Below the pieces are notes generated by a model, which saw nothing but the letters and a program-made list of their open reading frames with translations, ran no database searches and had not been told where the DNA came from. A stretch of DNA of 64,000 bases. Origin: an uncultured Parapedobacter sp. GTDB lineage: Bacteria > Bacteroidota > Bacteroidia > Sphingobacteriales > Sphingobacteriaceae. The stretch lies in contig CAZTJY010000001.1 in assembly GCA_964613725.1 (NCBI GenBank), positions 1,256-65,255 on the forward strand. Direction: 5' to 3'. This document shows positions 28,714 through 37,723 of this stretch, piece after piece; the stretch's first letter is position 1; the number at the start of each line of letters is the position of its first letter. The translations under genes were made by a program, and so were the position numbers.

Positions 28714-28721
28714 TAATTTTG
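28714..28721 (+). promoter_or_regulatory. Putative -7 element TAATTTTG of gldJ
   Basis: TAnnTTTG match with TTG at 28688 upstream. Confidence 0.45.
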
Positions 28722-28843
28722 GTTCCTTAGAAAAGAAATGTGGCTTTCCGATGTACCAAGTGAAGTCTACCTTATCAGTGCCTTTAAAAAAGGACAGTGA
28801 AGATGCTGGTTGCATTGGGCCAATAAGAACAAATAGCTCCCGA

Positions 28844-30409
28844 ATGAAAACAACGAATACATATTTTGCCTCCTTCTTATTAATAATTTTTTCTGGCACC
28901 TTATTCGTCTCCTGCAAAAACCGAAGCGGAGTTTCCCCAAAGACGGGCGTCGCCTATAACGACCCCTATAATGGTGGTTTGCAAATCAACCGAAAGGTCA
29001 AGGAAGGGCCCGGGCCGGGATTAGTTGTTATTGAAGGCGGCACGTTTGTGATGGGTGGTAGCCTCAATGAGGATATTACCTATGCGCATGACAATCTGCG
29101 GCGCCGGGTGACGGTGGCCTCATTTTATATGGATGAGACGGAAGTTTCGAATGCAGACTGGCTGGAATACTTGCACTGGCTTCAACAGAATTTCCCGGAC
29201 GACAACGAACTTTATTACAATGCAATCCCGGATACCCTTGTGTGGCGCCATCCACTTTCCTACAACGAGCCCTACGTCGACCTCTATCTGCGCCACCCGG
29301 CTTACCAAGACTACCCCGTCGTGGGAGTGACGTGGGAGCAGGCCAACGACTATTGTATTTGGCGGACCGATCGGGTGAATGAGCATATTCTTCGCCAGCG
29401 GGGGGCCTTGGTCGACTACAAGACCTTGGCTGAATCGCAGGCGAAGCCTACCGACCCATTCAATACCGACATATACCTCAACGGCCAATATCAGGGCGAA
29501 GGCATAGATGGTGAACGCATGCCGAAAGACAATACACCGGGGACGGAATCGGATGCGCGCCGGCCTGTCCGGATGGAGGACGGCATCCTCAAGCAACCAT
29601 ACCGACTCCCCACAGAAGCCGAATGGGAATACGCAGCCCTCGGTCTGGTGGGCAACACCGAATACGGCAATATCGAAAGCAGCAAAATATATCCATGGGA
29701 CGGGTTGGGCGTCCGGTCGGCGAAACGCCGTACCCAAGGACTGATGATGGCCAACTTTAAACCAACCGGAGGCGACAATATGGGCGTGGCGGGATACCTC
29801 AACGACGGTGGCGACATTACGGTATCCGTTACCAGCTACCTCCCCAACGACTACGGCCTTTACAACACGGCAGGTAACGTAAACGAGTGGGTACGCGACG
29901 TATACCGACAACTGTCGTTTGAAGACTTCCAAGACTTCAACCCGTTCCGGGGCAACGTATATATGGATAAGCAATACGAAGACGCCGAAAAGGGAATCAT
30001 TGCAAAAGACAAATATGGCCGCCCCATCCGGGTACCGGCCAAGGCACCGAGGAAACAAACTTGGGAAGAACTGCAGGCCGCTTCGGCCGCATCCGATTCC
30101 GCGCAGGCATCGTTTGATTACGACGTACGCGGGTATGACGATGAAACCAACGACGAGCTCTATGGAGTTACCACGCTGGTCAATGATAAGTCACGCGTGT
30201 ACAAAGGTGGTTCATGGAACGATCGTGCCTATTGGCTCAACCCGGCAACACGCCGCTACATGCAACAGGACGAATCGAATGCGATGACCGGCTTCCGATG
30301 CGCGATGACACTCGTTGGATCGCCAGAGATCAACACGCAATCGAAGCCCACCTTCCCTGCCAATCGTAAGAGGACGCAGGGTGATCGGAAAATTCTTGGA
30401 ATTTTCTAG
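28844..30409 (+). CDS. gldJ: Gliding motility lipoprotein GldJ (FGE-sulfatase/SUMF1 fold)
   Basis: Lipobox FVSC; SPKTGVAYND, GPGLVVIEGGTFVMG, FYMDETEVSN, RLPTEAEWEYAA and RVYKGGSWNDRAYWLNPATRR. Confidence 0.85.
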   Translation: MKTTNTYFASFLLIIFSGTLFVSCKNRSGVSPKTGVAYNDPYNGGLQINRKVKEGPGPGLVVIEGGTFVMGGSLNEDITYAHDNLRRRVTVASFYMDETEVSNADWLEYLHWLQQNFPDDNELYYNAIPDTLVWRHPLSYNEPYVDLYLRHPAYQDYPVVGVTWEQANDYCIWRTDRVNEHILRQRGALVDYKTLAESQAKPTDPFNTDIYLNGQYQGEGIDGERMPKDNTPGTESDARRPVRMEDGILKQPYRLPTEAEWEYAALGLVGNTEYGNIESSKIYPWDGLGVRSAKRRTQGLMMANFKPTGGDNMGVAGYLNDGGDITVSVTSYLPNDYGLYNTAGNVNEWVRDVYRQLSFEDFQDFNPFRGNVYMDKQYEDAEKGIIAKDKYGRPIRVPAKAPRKQTWEELQAASAASDSAQASFDYDVRGYDDETNDELYGVTTLVNDKSRVYKGGSWNDRAYWLNPATRRYMQQDESNAMTGFRCAMTLVGSPEINTQSKPTFPANRKRTQGDRKILGIF

Positions 30410-30512
30410 TAATTAAGCTCGACTGTCCGGGGCACGTTGACCGTGTTTTTCAAACCGTGATGAGTCGACGATGGCAGATACCGCACCGAAACGATTGTTA
30501 TCCAAAACACTA

Positions 30513-30550
30513 AAAAAAGCACCCGTGAAAACGAAGATGGGTGCTTTTTT
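30513..30550. terminator. Bidirectional intrinsic terminator between convergent gldJ and DUF4270 genes
   Basis: AAAAAAGCACCC-N14-GGGTGCTTTTTT inverted repeat with A/T tails on both sides. Confidence 0.75.
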
Positions 30551-30592
30551 ATTTTCCGATATTGCACGCGTCAGAACGGCACACGCTAGCCG

Positions 30593-32056
30593 CTAATTTG
30601 CCGGCCGTTGCGTATAATAGATATTGAGCTTCATTTTCAACTCCGTACCATCAACGTTGTTGATGATTGCTCGCCCCGCCGCATTGAGTACCGGTTGATA
30701 GGGAATTGAGTTATCCGATGCGGAAGCGGGTGCAATGAAGAATTCACTGCTGTTTATCTTTCCTTGGAGTATATCTTGGATATAGGACGTCAAATGGAAA
30801 AGGTAACGATCCTTATTTTCGTCCATAAAGCCCCCAAAAGCACGCCAGTTACCATACCGATACCAAAGGCTACGGCTGTCGCCAGCATAACTACTGCTGC
30901 TTGTCCGCGAATCACCGTCGGGCACCGGCAGGCGTTGCCCTGCGATATCTTCCCGGTATAAAGTAAGCCTCGGTGCATGGATCTGCAACTCGTCATCTGG
31001 GTTATCGCTGACTGTATAAAGTACCAACTCGGCTTTGTTAATTGCAATATTACGGTCCTTTAAAGCATCAATGTACGGTATGCGCACAAGGGTTCGAAGG
31101 CCAGCCGGTGCCTGCATGTACAACACGTCGTAATGCCCGTCGGGATTATCCAACTGGGCCTGTACATCGGAAGTATACGTCCGCTTGATACTAGATGTCA
31201 GCCTCCGGAAAGACCCGCTGTTGTTCTGTACCGTTGTTGGCAAGAATGTCCGCACGGTATCGATGCCCGCATCGTCCCCTTCCTTTCCGTTCGATTGGCG
31301 GTAGGTGAGCTCAATACCGGTCATGTTGGCAACGCCCTGAAAAGTCACCAATCCACCAACGCCCGTCATCTCGCTTTCCGCTACACGCAGATAGAGCCCT
31401 TTGACGTGGTTGTTAAACCCTGCTTCGGTCGATAGCGACGCCGAATCAACTTCCTCACTGAGCAGCTCCTTGAAAAATGCAGACGACAATGCGATGCGCA
31501 ACTGTGGAATATCCTTTACCAAAGAATCCTTATCATCGATATGTTTAATGATACTAACGCTGTCTGTCTGTTTGTACGCGAAGCGCCCGATCACTTTCGT
31601 CCCGATAACTTCATCTTTTACTGCCCATTGCTTGGTAGCATATTCGCCATCGGTATAAGCCTCGTCCAACTGCAGCACATGTAGTGTAAAGTTGGGGCGC
31701 AGCGTATCACCGTAATATTCGGTGCCGTAAGGCAATACGAGGATGACAGAGTCAATTTCAGCATCGTGCCGTATGCGCGGCACCGTCGCTGGCCGACCGA
31801 CGGCCAATGCCAAATCGGCCACGGTCTTCCCGATAACCGGATCATCGAGCCAACCAAACGTGGTTTGGGCAAAGGAAGAAGACCGCGCACTATCGTCCAG
31901 CACCGTCACTGCCTGCAGGGAAAGCGTATCAGTCAATACGCCTACCAGTTCATCCCCCGGATCGACATCCAACCCAATACCTGAAGGATTGGTGCAACCT
32001 CCTAAAACAAAAAGACTTATCAACAAGGTTAATAAGTCTTTGGTATGATAACTCAT
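30593..32056 (-). CDS. DUF4270 family lipoprotein
   Basis: Lipobox LGGC; motifs DPVIGKT, IDSVILVL, FNNHVKGLY, INKAELV and KLNIYYT; follows the glycogen-synthase-like gene. Confidence 0.8.
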   Translation of the reverse strand: MSYHTKDLLTLLISLFVLGGCTNPSGIGLDVDPGDELVGVLTDTLSLQAVTVLDDSARSSSFAQTTFGWLDDPVIGKTVADLALAVGRPATVPRIRHDAEIDSVILVLPYGTEYYGDTLRPNFTLHVLQLDEAYTDGEYATKQWAVKDEVIGTKVIGRFAYKQTDSVSIIKHIDDKDSLVKDIPQLRIALSSAFFKELLSEEVDSASLSTEAGFNNHVKGLYLRVAESEMTGVGGLVTFQGVANMTGIELTYRQSNGKEGDDAGIDTVRTFLPTTVQNNSGSFRRLTSSIKRTYTSDVQAQLDNPDGHYDVLYMQAPAGLRTLVRIPYIDALKDRNIAINKAELVLYTVSDNPDDELQIHAPRLTLYREDIAGQRLPVPDGDSRTSSSSYAGDSRSLWYRYGNWRAFGGFMDENKDRYLFHLTSYIQDILQGKINSSEFFIAPASASDNSIPYQPVLNAAGRAIINNVDGTELKMKLNIYYTQRPAN

Positions 32057-32077
32057 TCGCAAAGAATTAAATTCAAA

Positions 32078-32908
32078 TTATGCTTCCACTGCTGCATCAA
32101 GCTCTACGCTTGAAAATTGTTCGTAAAGGTTGCAATAATTTTCGAATTCTTGGTGGTCTTCTAACTCGAATACTGGGATATCGCTCTTTTTAACAATATT
32201 TAACAGTTGTTTGTCCAAATCATCACCGGTTAAGACCACACCATCGGAATAGGCCAATGCGCCTTTATATAACCCGGCATAATTTGCATCCCCGTAAGGC
32301 GCCACATCATCAGCCGTCATATCGCCTGTGCGCGCGATTTCGGAAAAATCATCGCCTAATGAAAAATCAATTTCTTCATTATAGAGGGAATAAATCACTT
32401 TGGCGTCTTTGAAGGTCGGGTCGTCTTTATATGCCGTCTTAATATATGCGGGTATCAACGCACTCATCCACCCATGGCAATGCACGACATCCGGTGCCCA
32501 ACCCAGCTTTTTCACGGTTTCTAATGCGCCCTTGCAGAAAAACACCGTCCGCTCGTTATTATCCTCAAAAAATTCACCACACTCATCACAGAACACCTGT
32601 TTGCGTTGGAAATATTCCTCATTGTCCAAGAAATAGACCTGCATACGTGCCGCCGGTATAGACGCGACCTTGATGATCAACGGATTGTCGTTATTATCCA
32701 CAACAATATTCATCCCCGATAACCGAATGACTTCATGCAATCGGTTACGCCGCTCATTAATATTACCGAACCGCGGCATCAGAATACGAATCTCATAGCC
32801 CCGCTCCTGCATCGCCTGAGGCAATTGACGGGTAATTTCTGAAATTTTACTTAGTTCGAGGAAAGGCGACATCTCGTGGGTAACAAACAGAATCTTCGTT
32901 TTTGACAT
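32078..32908 (-). CDS. Glycogen/starch synthase N-terminal (GT5 catalytic-domain-like) protein
   Basis: Motifs KILFVTHEMSPF, IRILMPRFG, VYFLDNEEYF and PDVVHCHGW; only 276 aa. Confidence 0.85.
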   Translation of the reverse strand: MSKTKILFVTHEMSPFLELSKISEITRQLPQAMQERGYEIRILMPRFGNINERRNRLHEVIRLSGMNIVVDNNDNPLIIKVASIPAARMQVYFLDNEEYFQRKQVFCDECGEFFEDNNERTVFFCKGALETVKKLGWAPDVVHCHGWMSALIPAYIKTAYKDDPTFKDAKVIYSLYNEEIDFSLGDDFSEIARTGDMTADDVAPYGDANYAGLYKGALAYSDGVVLTGDDLDKQLLNIVKKSDIPVFELEDHQEFENYCNLYEQFSSVELDAAVEA

Positions 32909-32953
32909 CTCCAATATATTATTTTATTTTATTTGCACAGTAAAGTCGGTTTG

Positions 32954-32961
32954 CAAAGATA
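32954..32961 (-). promoter_or_regulatory. Putative -7 element TATCTTTG for the GT5-like/DUF4270 operon
   Basis: CAAAGATA on the plus strand, with CAA at 32982 as a possible -33. Confidence 0.5.
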
Positions 32962-33057
32962 AGCATTTTTTGTCAATATACCAATTAGTTAACCAGCCCA
33001 TCGTGGATATCCAATAAAAAATCATCACTTTTGCCAAACAAAAAAAACATTCACTTG

Positions 33058-33897
33058 TTGGAAAAAGTTAGCACTAAAATCTCGTTACAGCGGCTTCTTG
33101 AACGGCACCGTAATGACGGGCGACGTATAGCATTCGTGCCTACTATGGGCGCGTTGCACGACGGCCACCTTGCGCTCGTCGCCCATGCCAGAGAACTGGC
33201 GGATGTGGTGGTTTGCAGCATCTTCGTCAACCCTACCCAATTCAACGACCCAAAGGACCTCGAACAATATCCGCGCCCTATTGAGCGCGACATCGACCTC
33301 CTGCGACGTGCCCATTGCGACATCCTCTTCCATCCTACCGTGGACGAAATGTATAATACCGCAGAACCGTGGAGTCTCGATCTCGGTCACCTGGACGAAG
33401 TATTGGAAGGGCAGCATCGGCCGGGGCATTTCCAGGGCGTTACCCAAATCGTATTCAAACTTTTAGATACGGTACGTCCGGAGTTCGTTTGTTTCGGGCA
33501 GAAAGATTTCCAACAATACAAAGTGGTCGAATACATGGTGGAGAAACTGAAACTCCCGTCTGTGTTGGAGTTGTGTCCCACGGTGAGGGAAGCGGGGGGA
33601 CTGGCCATGAGTTCACGGAATGTTCGGCTAACCTCCAAAGGCCGGAAACAGGCGCAGCAACTCTACCGCGTCTTGCAACAAACAAAGGCCGATTTGCTCC
33701 GGAAAAGCATTGATGCACTACGCGCGGATGCTATCCGGATATTGGAAGGCAGTCCCGGTATCGAAGTGGAATATTTCGAGATTTTTCAAGCTGAAAACTT
33801 TATACCAGCCAGCGAAACATCGCGCGGTGGACAACTAGTGGCGCTGGCGGCCATCTGGGTGGACGGTGTGCGACTGATCGACAACCTGTTTTTATAG
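33058..33897 (+). CDS. panC: Pantoate--beta-alanine ligase
   Basis: Motifs FVPTMGALHDGH, SIFVNPTQF, RPGHFQGV, FGQKDFQQ, GLAMSSRN and RLIDN; exact start uncertain (TTG). Confidence 0.97.
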   Translation: MEKVSTKISLQRLLERHRNDGRRIAFVPTMGALHDGHLALVAHARELADVVVCSIFVNPTQFNDPKDLEQYPRPIERDIDLLRRAHCDILFHPTVDEMYNTAEPWSLDLGHLDEVLEGQHRPGHFQGVTQIVFKLLDTVRPEFVCFGQKDFQQYKVVEYMVEKLKLPSVLELCPTVREAGGLAMSSRNVRLTSKGRKQAQQLYRVLQQTKADLLRKSIDALRADAIRILEGSPGIEVEYFEIFQAENFIPASETSRGGQLVALAAIWVDGVRLIDNLFL

Positions 33898-33924
33898 CTT
33901 TATTTATTTCCGTACCTTTGTACC

Positions 33925-34275
33925 ATGGTTATCGAGGTTCTGAAATCCAAAATCCATCGGGTACGCGTTACGCAGGCCGAACTCAATTATGTGGGAAGCA
34001 TTACCATTGATGAGGATTTGATGGATGCGGCAAACATCATCGCCAACGAGAAGGTCCAAATCGTTAACAACAACAACGGAGCGCGCTTTGAGACATACGT
34101 TATTAAAGGCGAACGGGGTTCGGGCGTGATTTGCCTCAACGGTGCAGCTGCCCGGCTGGTCCAGGTGGGCGATGTGGTCATTATCATCTCTTATGCCCAG
34201 ATGGAGCAGCAGGAAGCGAGAGCCTATGAGCCGCTATTGGTATTTCCCGACGAAAACAATCGATTAATCGATTAA
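33925..34275 (+). CDS. panD: Aspartate 1-decarboxylase
   Basis: [14 protein letters not shown] (Gly-Ser self-cleavage site), NGARFETY and LNGAAARL. Confidence 0.97.
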   Translation: MVIEVLKSKIHRVRVTQAELNYVGSITIDEDLMDAANIIANEKVQIVNNNNGARFETYVIKGERGSGVICLNGAAARLVQVGDVVIIISYAQMEQQEARAYEPLLVFPDENNRLID

Positions 34276-34318
34276 TACCGGCCTAATTCGCCATATATTC
34301 AAATATAATTTTTGGTTT

Positions 34319-34351
34319 GTTAGATTAGTCTAACTTTTAATCGTACCTTTG
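34319..34351 (+). promoter_or_regulatory. Dyad GTTAGATTAGTCTAAC (DtxR/MntR-like operator) just upstream of -7 element TACCTTTG
   Basis: Imperfect 16-bp palindrome at 34319-34334 between TTTG (34316) and TACCTTTG (34344-34351). Confidence 0.6.
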
Positions 34352-34391
34352 TCTTATGGTATTTGAAATATTACATGTATTTTAGTCTCCC

Positions 34392-34760
34392 ATGAAGAGG
34401 CATGCAAACAACATACGGTCGAAGCTAGCACTGTTTCAGGCGGTGTTGTTCGGTTTGATCGTTGCCAGCGGCACGGTCTTCATGCACAAACACAAAACCC
34501 GCGATGGGCGGATAATCATCCATACGCACCCCTACAACCTTAAAACCGACCCAAGCACCAATCCGCATCATCAGTCAGAAACGGAAATCTATTTACTGGA
34601 TGCCATCTTTTCGGGGCGTTTTCTACAAACGAATTTCACGAGCTACGAGCAGCCTTTTATTGAGCCACTTACAATAGCTTACCTACCCTATCGTAGACGC
34701 GATGTACATCTAGACACAACCCGCTACGGCCCCACCCGGGCGCCCCCACATTTCAACTAG
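34392..34760 (+). CDS. His-rich leader protein with C-terminal RAPP putative ribosome-arrest motif
   Basis: Hydrophobic signal-like N-terminus; HKH, HTHP and PHH clusters; ends TRAPPHFN*; immediately upstream of a TBDR. Confidence 0.75.
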   Translation: MKRHANNIRSKLALFQAVLFGLIVASGTVFMHKHKTRDGRIIIHTHPYNLKTDPSTNPHHQSETEIYLLDAIFSGRFLQTNFTSYEQPFIEPLTIAYLPYRRRDVHLDTTRYGPTRAPPHFN

Positions 34761-34845
34761 TTACTCACCTTTTTCCACGTACTTATTACTTGGCGGACGC
34801 TGTTTTGGCAACTGCCTACGTTGCATACCCAACTAGTTGATTTTC

Positions 34846-37146
34846 ATGTATAAAAAATACTTTATAGCAAGCTTCATTTTGTTGCTTTCTGGCCTACTGG
34901 GTTATACCCAATCGGTTTCATCCATCCACGGCACGGTCACTGACAAGTCCGGCGATATCGTCCCATGGGCCACCGTTACCATTCCCGCACTCAACATCGG
35001 CACCACGGCCGATAGCTCCGGCCTATTCGCGTTGAACGACATACCGGCAGGGAACTGGGAACTTGAAGTCAAATGCGTAGGTTACCAGCCTTACGTCATA
35101 CGTATCCGCACAAACGGCACAGCACCAACGCGCAAAGATATCGTGTTGCTGGATGTGGGTACATCGCTAGACGAAGTGGTCGTCTCCGGCACAATGAAAG
35201 AGGTTTCTAAACTGGATAGCCCCGTGCCGGTAGAGGTTTATACGGCCAAGTTCTTCAAAGCAAATCCGGCACCCACGGTATTCGACGCCTTACAGAACAT
35301 CAATGGCGTACGCCCCCAACTAAATTGCAACATCTGCAATACGGGCGATATCCACATCAACGGCTTGGAGGGGCCTTACACCATGGTGCTGATAGACGGC
35401 ATGCCCATCGTAAGCGGCCTATCTACCGTATACGGGCTGAGCGGCATCCCCCAAGCGTTAATCGATCGGGTGGAAATCGTCAAAGGACCGGCTTCGACAC
35501 TTTATGGTAGCGAGGCCGTGGGCGGGCTCATCAACATCATCACCAAAAACCCACGGACTACACCCACGCTAGCCGTAGATGCTTTTGGCACCGGTTGGGG
35601 GGAGCTCAGCGCCGACATCGCCGCCAAACTCCGTGCGGGCAAAAAAATGCAATCGCTGCTCGGGGTGAGCTATTTCAACTACCAACGCCCCATAGACAAC
35701 AACAACGATAATTTCACCGATGTGACGCTGCAGCACCGCGTTTCCCTTTTCAACAAATGGAACGTCGAGCGGAAAAATAACCGTGTTTTTTCATTTGCTG
35801 CGCGCTATGTATATGAAGACCGGTGGGGCGGAGAGATGAATTGGGCACCGAAATACCGCGGTGGCGACCAAGTGTACGGTGAGAGCATCTACACCAGCAG
35901 ATGGGAGCTTTTCGGCACCTACCAGTTGCCGGCTAAGGAGCATATGCTCTTCCAATTCAGTGTCAACGGTCACGACCAGAACAGTGTATATGGCAATATG
36001 GCATTCCTGGCCGACCAATACATCGGTTTCGGGCAATTGACCTGGAACAAAGTATTGGGCAGCCATGACCTGCTTACCGGACTCGCCTACCGCTATACCT
36101 ATTACGACGACAATACCCCTGCAACCGCGGACGCGAACGACATACGCCTGAACAGGCCAACGCACACCCGTCTACCAGGGGCGTTCATTCAAGACGAAAT
36201 TACATTGGCCGACCGGAATAAGCTACTGCTTGGTCTGCGATACGATTACAATTCTATCCATGGCAGTATCCTTACGCCGCGCGTCAATTTCAAGTGGAAT
36301 TCACGCGACGAATACAATGTGCTGCGCCTCAGCCTTGGCAACGGTTATCGGGTAGCCAATGTGTTTACGGAAGACCATTATGCGCTGACGGGCTCACGCG
36401 ACGTCGTTTTTGAAGACGAACTTGCCCCGGAAACATCATGGAACGGAAATGTCAATTTCGTCAAGAAAGTACCCTTATCCAGTGGCGGCATCATCGGTTT
36501 CGATGCAACGGTATTTTATACGTACTTTAACAACAAAATCATCGCCGACTACGATACCGACGTACAAAAAATCATGTACGGTAATCTTGATGGCCATGCC
36601 GTGTCTCAGGGCGTCTCCCTGAACGTGGACTTGGCACTCATGAATGGACTGAAATTGACTGCGGGAGCCACCGCCATGGACGTTTACAGCCAAGAAGATG
36701 GCCAAAAGGTCCAGCAGTTATTCACCGAGCGGTTTACCGGAGTATGGAATGCCAGTTACACACTGAAACACCTGGGACTTACCGTGGATTATACGGGCAA
36801 TCTTTATGGCCCGATGCGGTTGCCCCTATTGAGTGAGGCCGACCCACGGTCGCCTAAATCGCCGTGGTGGAGCATCCAAAATATCCAGTTGACCAAAACC
36901 TTCCGTAATGGAATCGAGGTTTACGGTGGCATCAAAAACCTGCTGGATTGGACACCCAACAGAGGGAATCCATTCATCATTGCCCGGTCGCACGACCCAT
37001 TTGACAAGTTGGTGGAGTTTAATGGCGACGGCCAGGCAATTATTACACCCGAGAACCCGTATGGACTGACATTCGACCCGTCTTATGTATTCGGTCCTAA
37101 TCAAGGAGCAAGGGGATTCCTTGGTATCCGATATAGCTTTTATTGA
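34846..37146 (+). CDS. TonB-dependent receptor, probable transition-metal uptake
   Basis: Signal peptide, N-terminal carboxypeptidase-regulatory-like domain, LDEVVVSG, plug with CNICN and IDRVEIVKGPASTLYGSEAVGGLINIITK, C-terminal GIRYSF. Confidence 0.92.
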   Translation: MYKKYFIASFILLLSGLLGYTQSVSSIHGTVTDKSGDIVPWATVTIPALNIGTTADSSGLFALNDIPAGNWELEVKCVGYQPYVIRIRTNGTAPTRKDIVLLDVGTSLDEVVVSGTMKEVSKLDSPVPVEVYTAKFFKANPAPTVFDALQNINGVRPQLNCNICNTGDIHINGLEGPYTMVLIDGMPIVSGLSTVYGLSGIPQALIDRVEIVKGPASTLYGSEAVGGLINIITKNPRTTPTLAVDAFGTGWGELSADIAAKLRAGKKMQSLLGVSYFNYQRPIDNNNDNFTDVTLQHRVSLFNKWNVERKNNRVFSFAARYVYEDRWGGEMNWAPKYRGGDQVYGESIYTSRWELFGTYQLPAKEHMLFQFSVNGHDQNSVYGNMAFLADQYIGFGQLTWNKVLGSHDLLTGLAYRYTYYDDNTPATADANDIRLNRPTHTRLPGAFIQDEITLADRNKLLLGLRYDYNSIHGSILTPRVNFKWNSRDEYNVLRLSLGNGYRVANVFTEDHYALTGSRDVVFEDELAPETSWNGNVNFVKKVPLSSGGIIGFDATVFYTYFNNKIIADYDTDVQKIMYGNLDGHAVSQGVSLNVDLALMNGLKLTAGATAMDVYSQEDGQKVQQLFTERFTGVWNASYTLKHLGLTVDYTGNLYGPMRLPLLSEADPRSPKSPWWSIQNIQLTKTFRNGIEVYGGIKNLLDWTPNRGNPFIIARSHDPFDKLVEFNGDGQAIITPENPYGLTFDPSYVFGPNQGARGFLGIRYSFY

Positions 37147-37640
37147 AACGTATGCTTGGTAGATTTCACAGCGTCGAATTACTCGCCACACTAGCCACAC
37201 TCGCCGCTGGCCCTGCTACGGCGCAACTCCTTGAAGTTCCAATTACTGAACTGACCGACAGCATGCGTGCGCATCCAAAAGCCGCACTCGTTCTGATTTC
37301 CACCGATTGGTGCGCCTATTGCCGCATACAGCAGGTTCAGCTCAAGAAGCGTAATGAGTGGCTGGATGCAAGCCCTTCGATTTATTTTTCCGTGCTTGAT
37401 GCTGAAACGAAGGAGACGATTGTTTTCAACGACATGAGTTACCGGTTCGTACCCAATGGTGTGTCTACCGGAAGCCACGAATTGGCATTTTCGCTCGGAA
37501 ATATTGATAACCGACTGGTATTTCCTACCTGGGTGCTACTCAATGAAAACTTGGAAATCATCTTCAAATTCCCCGGCGTAATCAAGGCCAGTGAGTTGTC
37601 CAAATTGCTGGAAACAGTTGAAAAATCGTGGCCGCCGTAA
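37143..37640 (+). CDS. Exported thioredoxin-family protein
   Basis: TDWCAYC active site and FPT cis-Pro motif; signal-like N-terminus; overlaps the TBDR stop. Confidence 0.85.
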   Translation: MKRMLGRFHSVELLATLATLAAGPATAQLLEVPITELTDSMRAHPKAALVLISTDWCAYCRIQQVQLKKRNEWLDASPSIYFSVLDAETKETIVFNDMSYRFVPNGVSTGSHELAFSLGNIDNRLVFPTWVLLNENLEIIFKFPGVIKASELSKLLETVEKSWPP

Positions 37641-37723
37641 TAAAAACCGGAAATCGTCAATTAAAAAAAATTTGCAGTAACTAAATTTTTTTACGTTTAT
37701 TGCAAAGATATTGACGGCTACCT

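Noticed and set aside
28688-28843. N-terminal extension of gldJ in the ORF track
   Set aside because: Overlaps the predicted promoter; the lipoprotein signal starts at ATG 28844
29120-30058. 312-aa minus-strand ORF
   Set aside because: Antisense shadow of gldJ
28844-30409. GldJ as a formylglycine-generating sulfatase maturase serving the PUL
   Set aside because: Lipoprotein signal, length and N-terminal motifs fit GldJ, and the catalytic Cys pair of FGE is not evident
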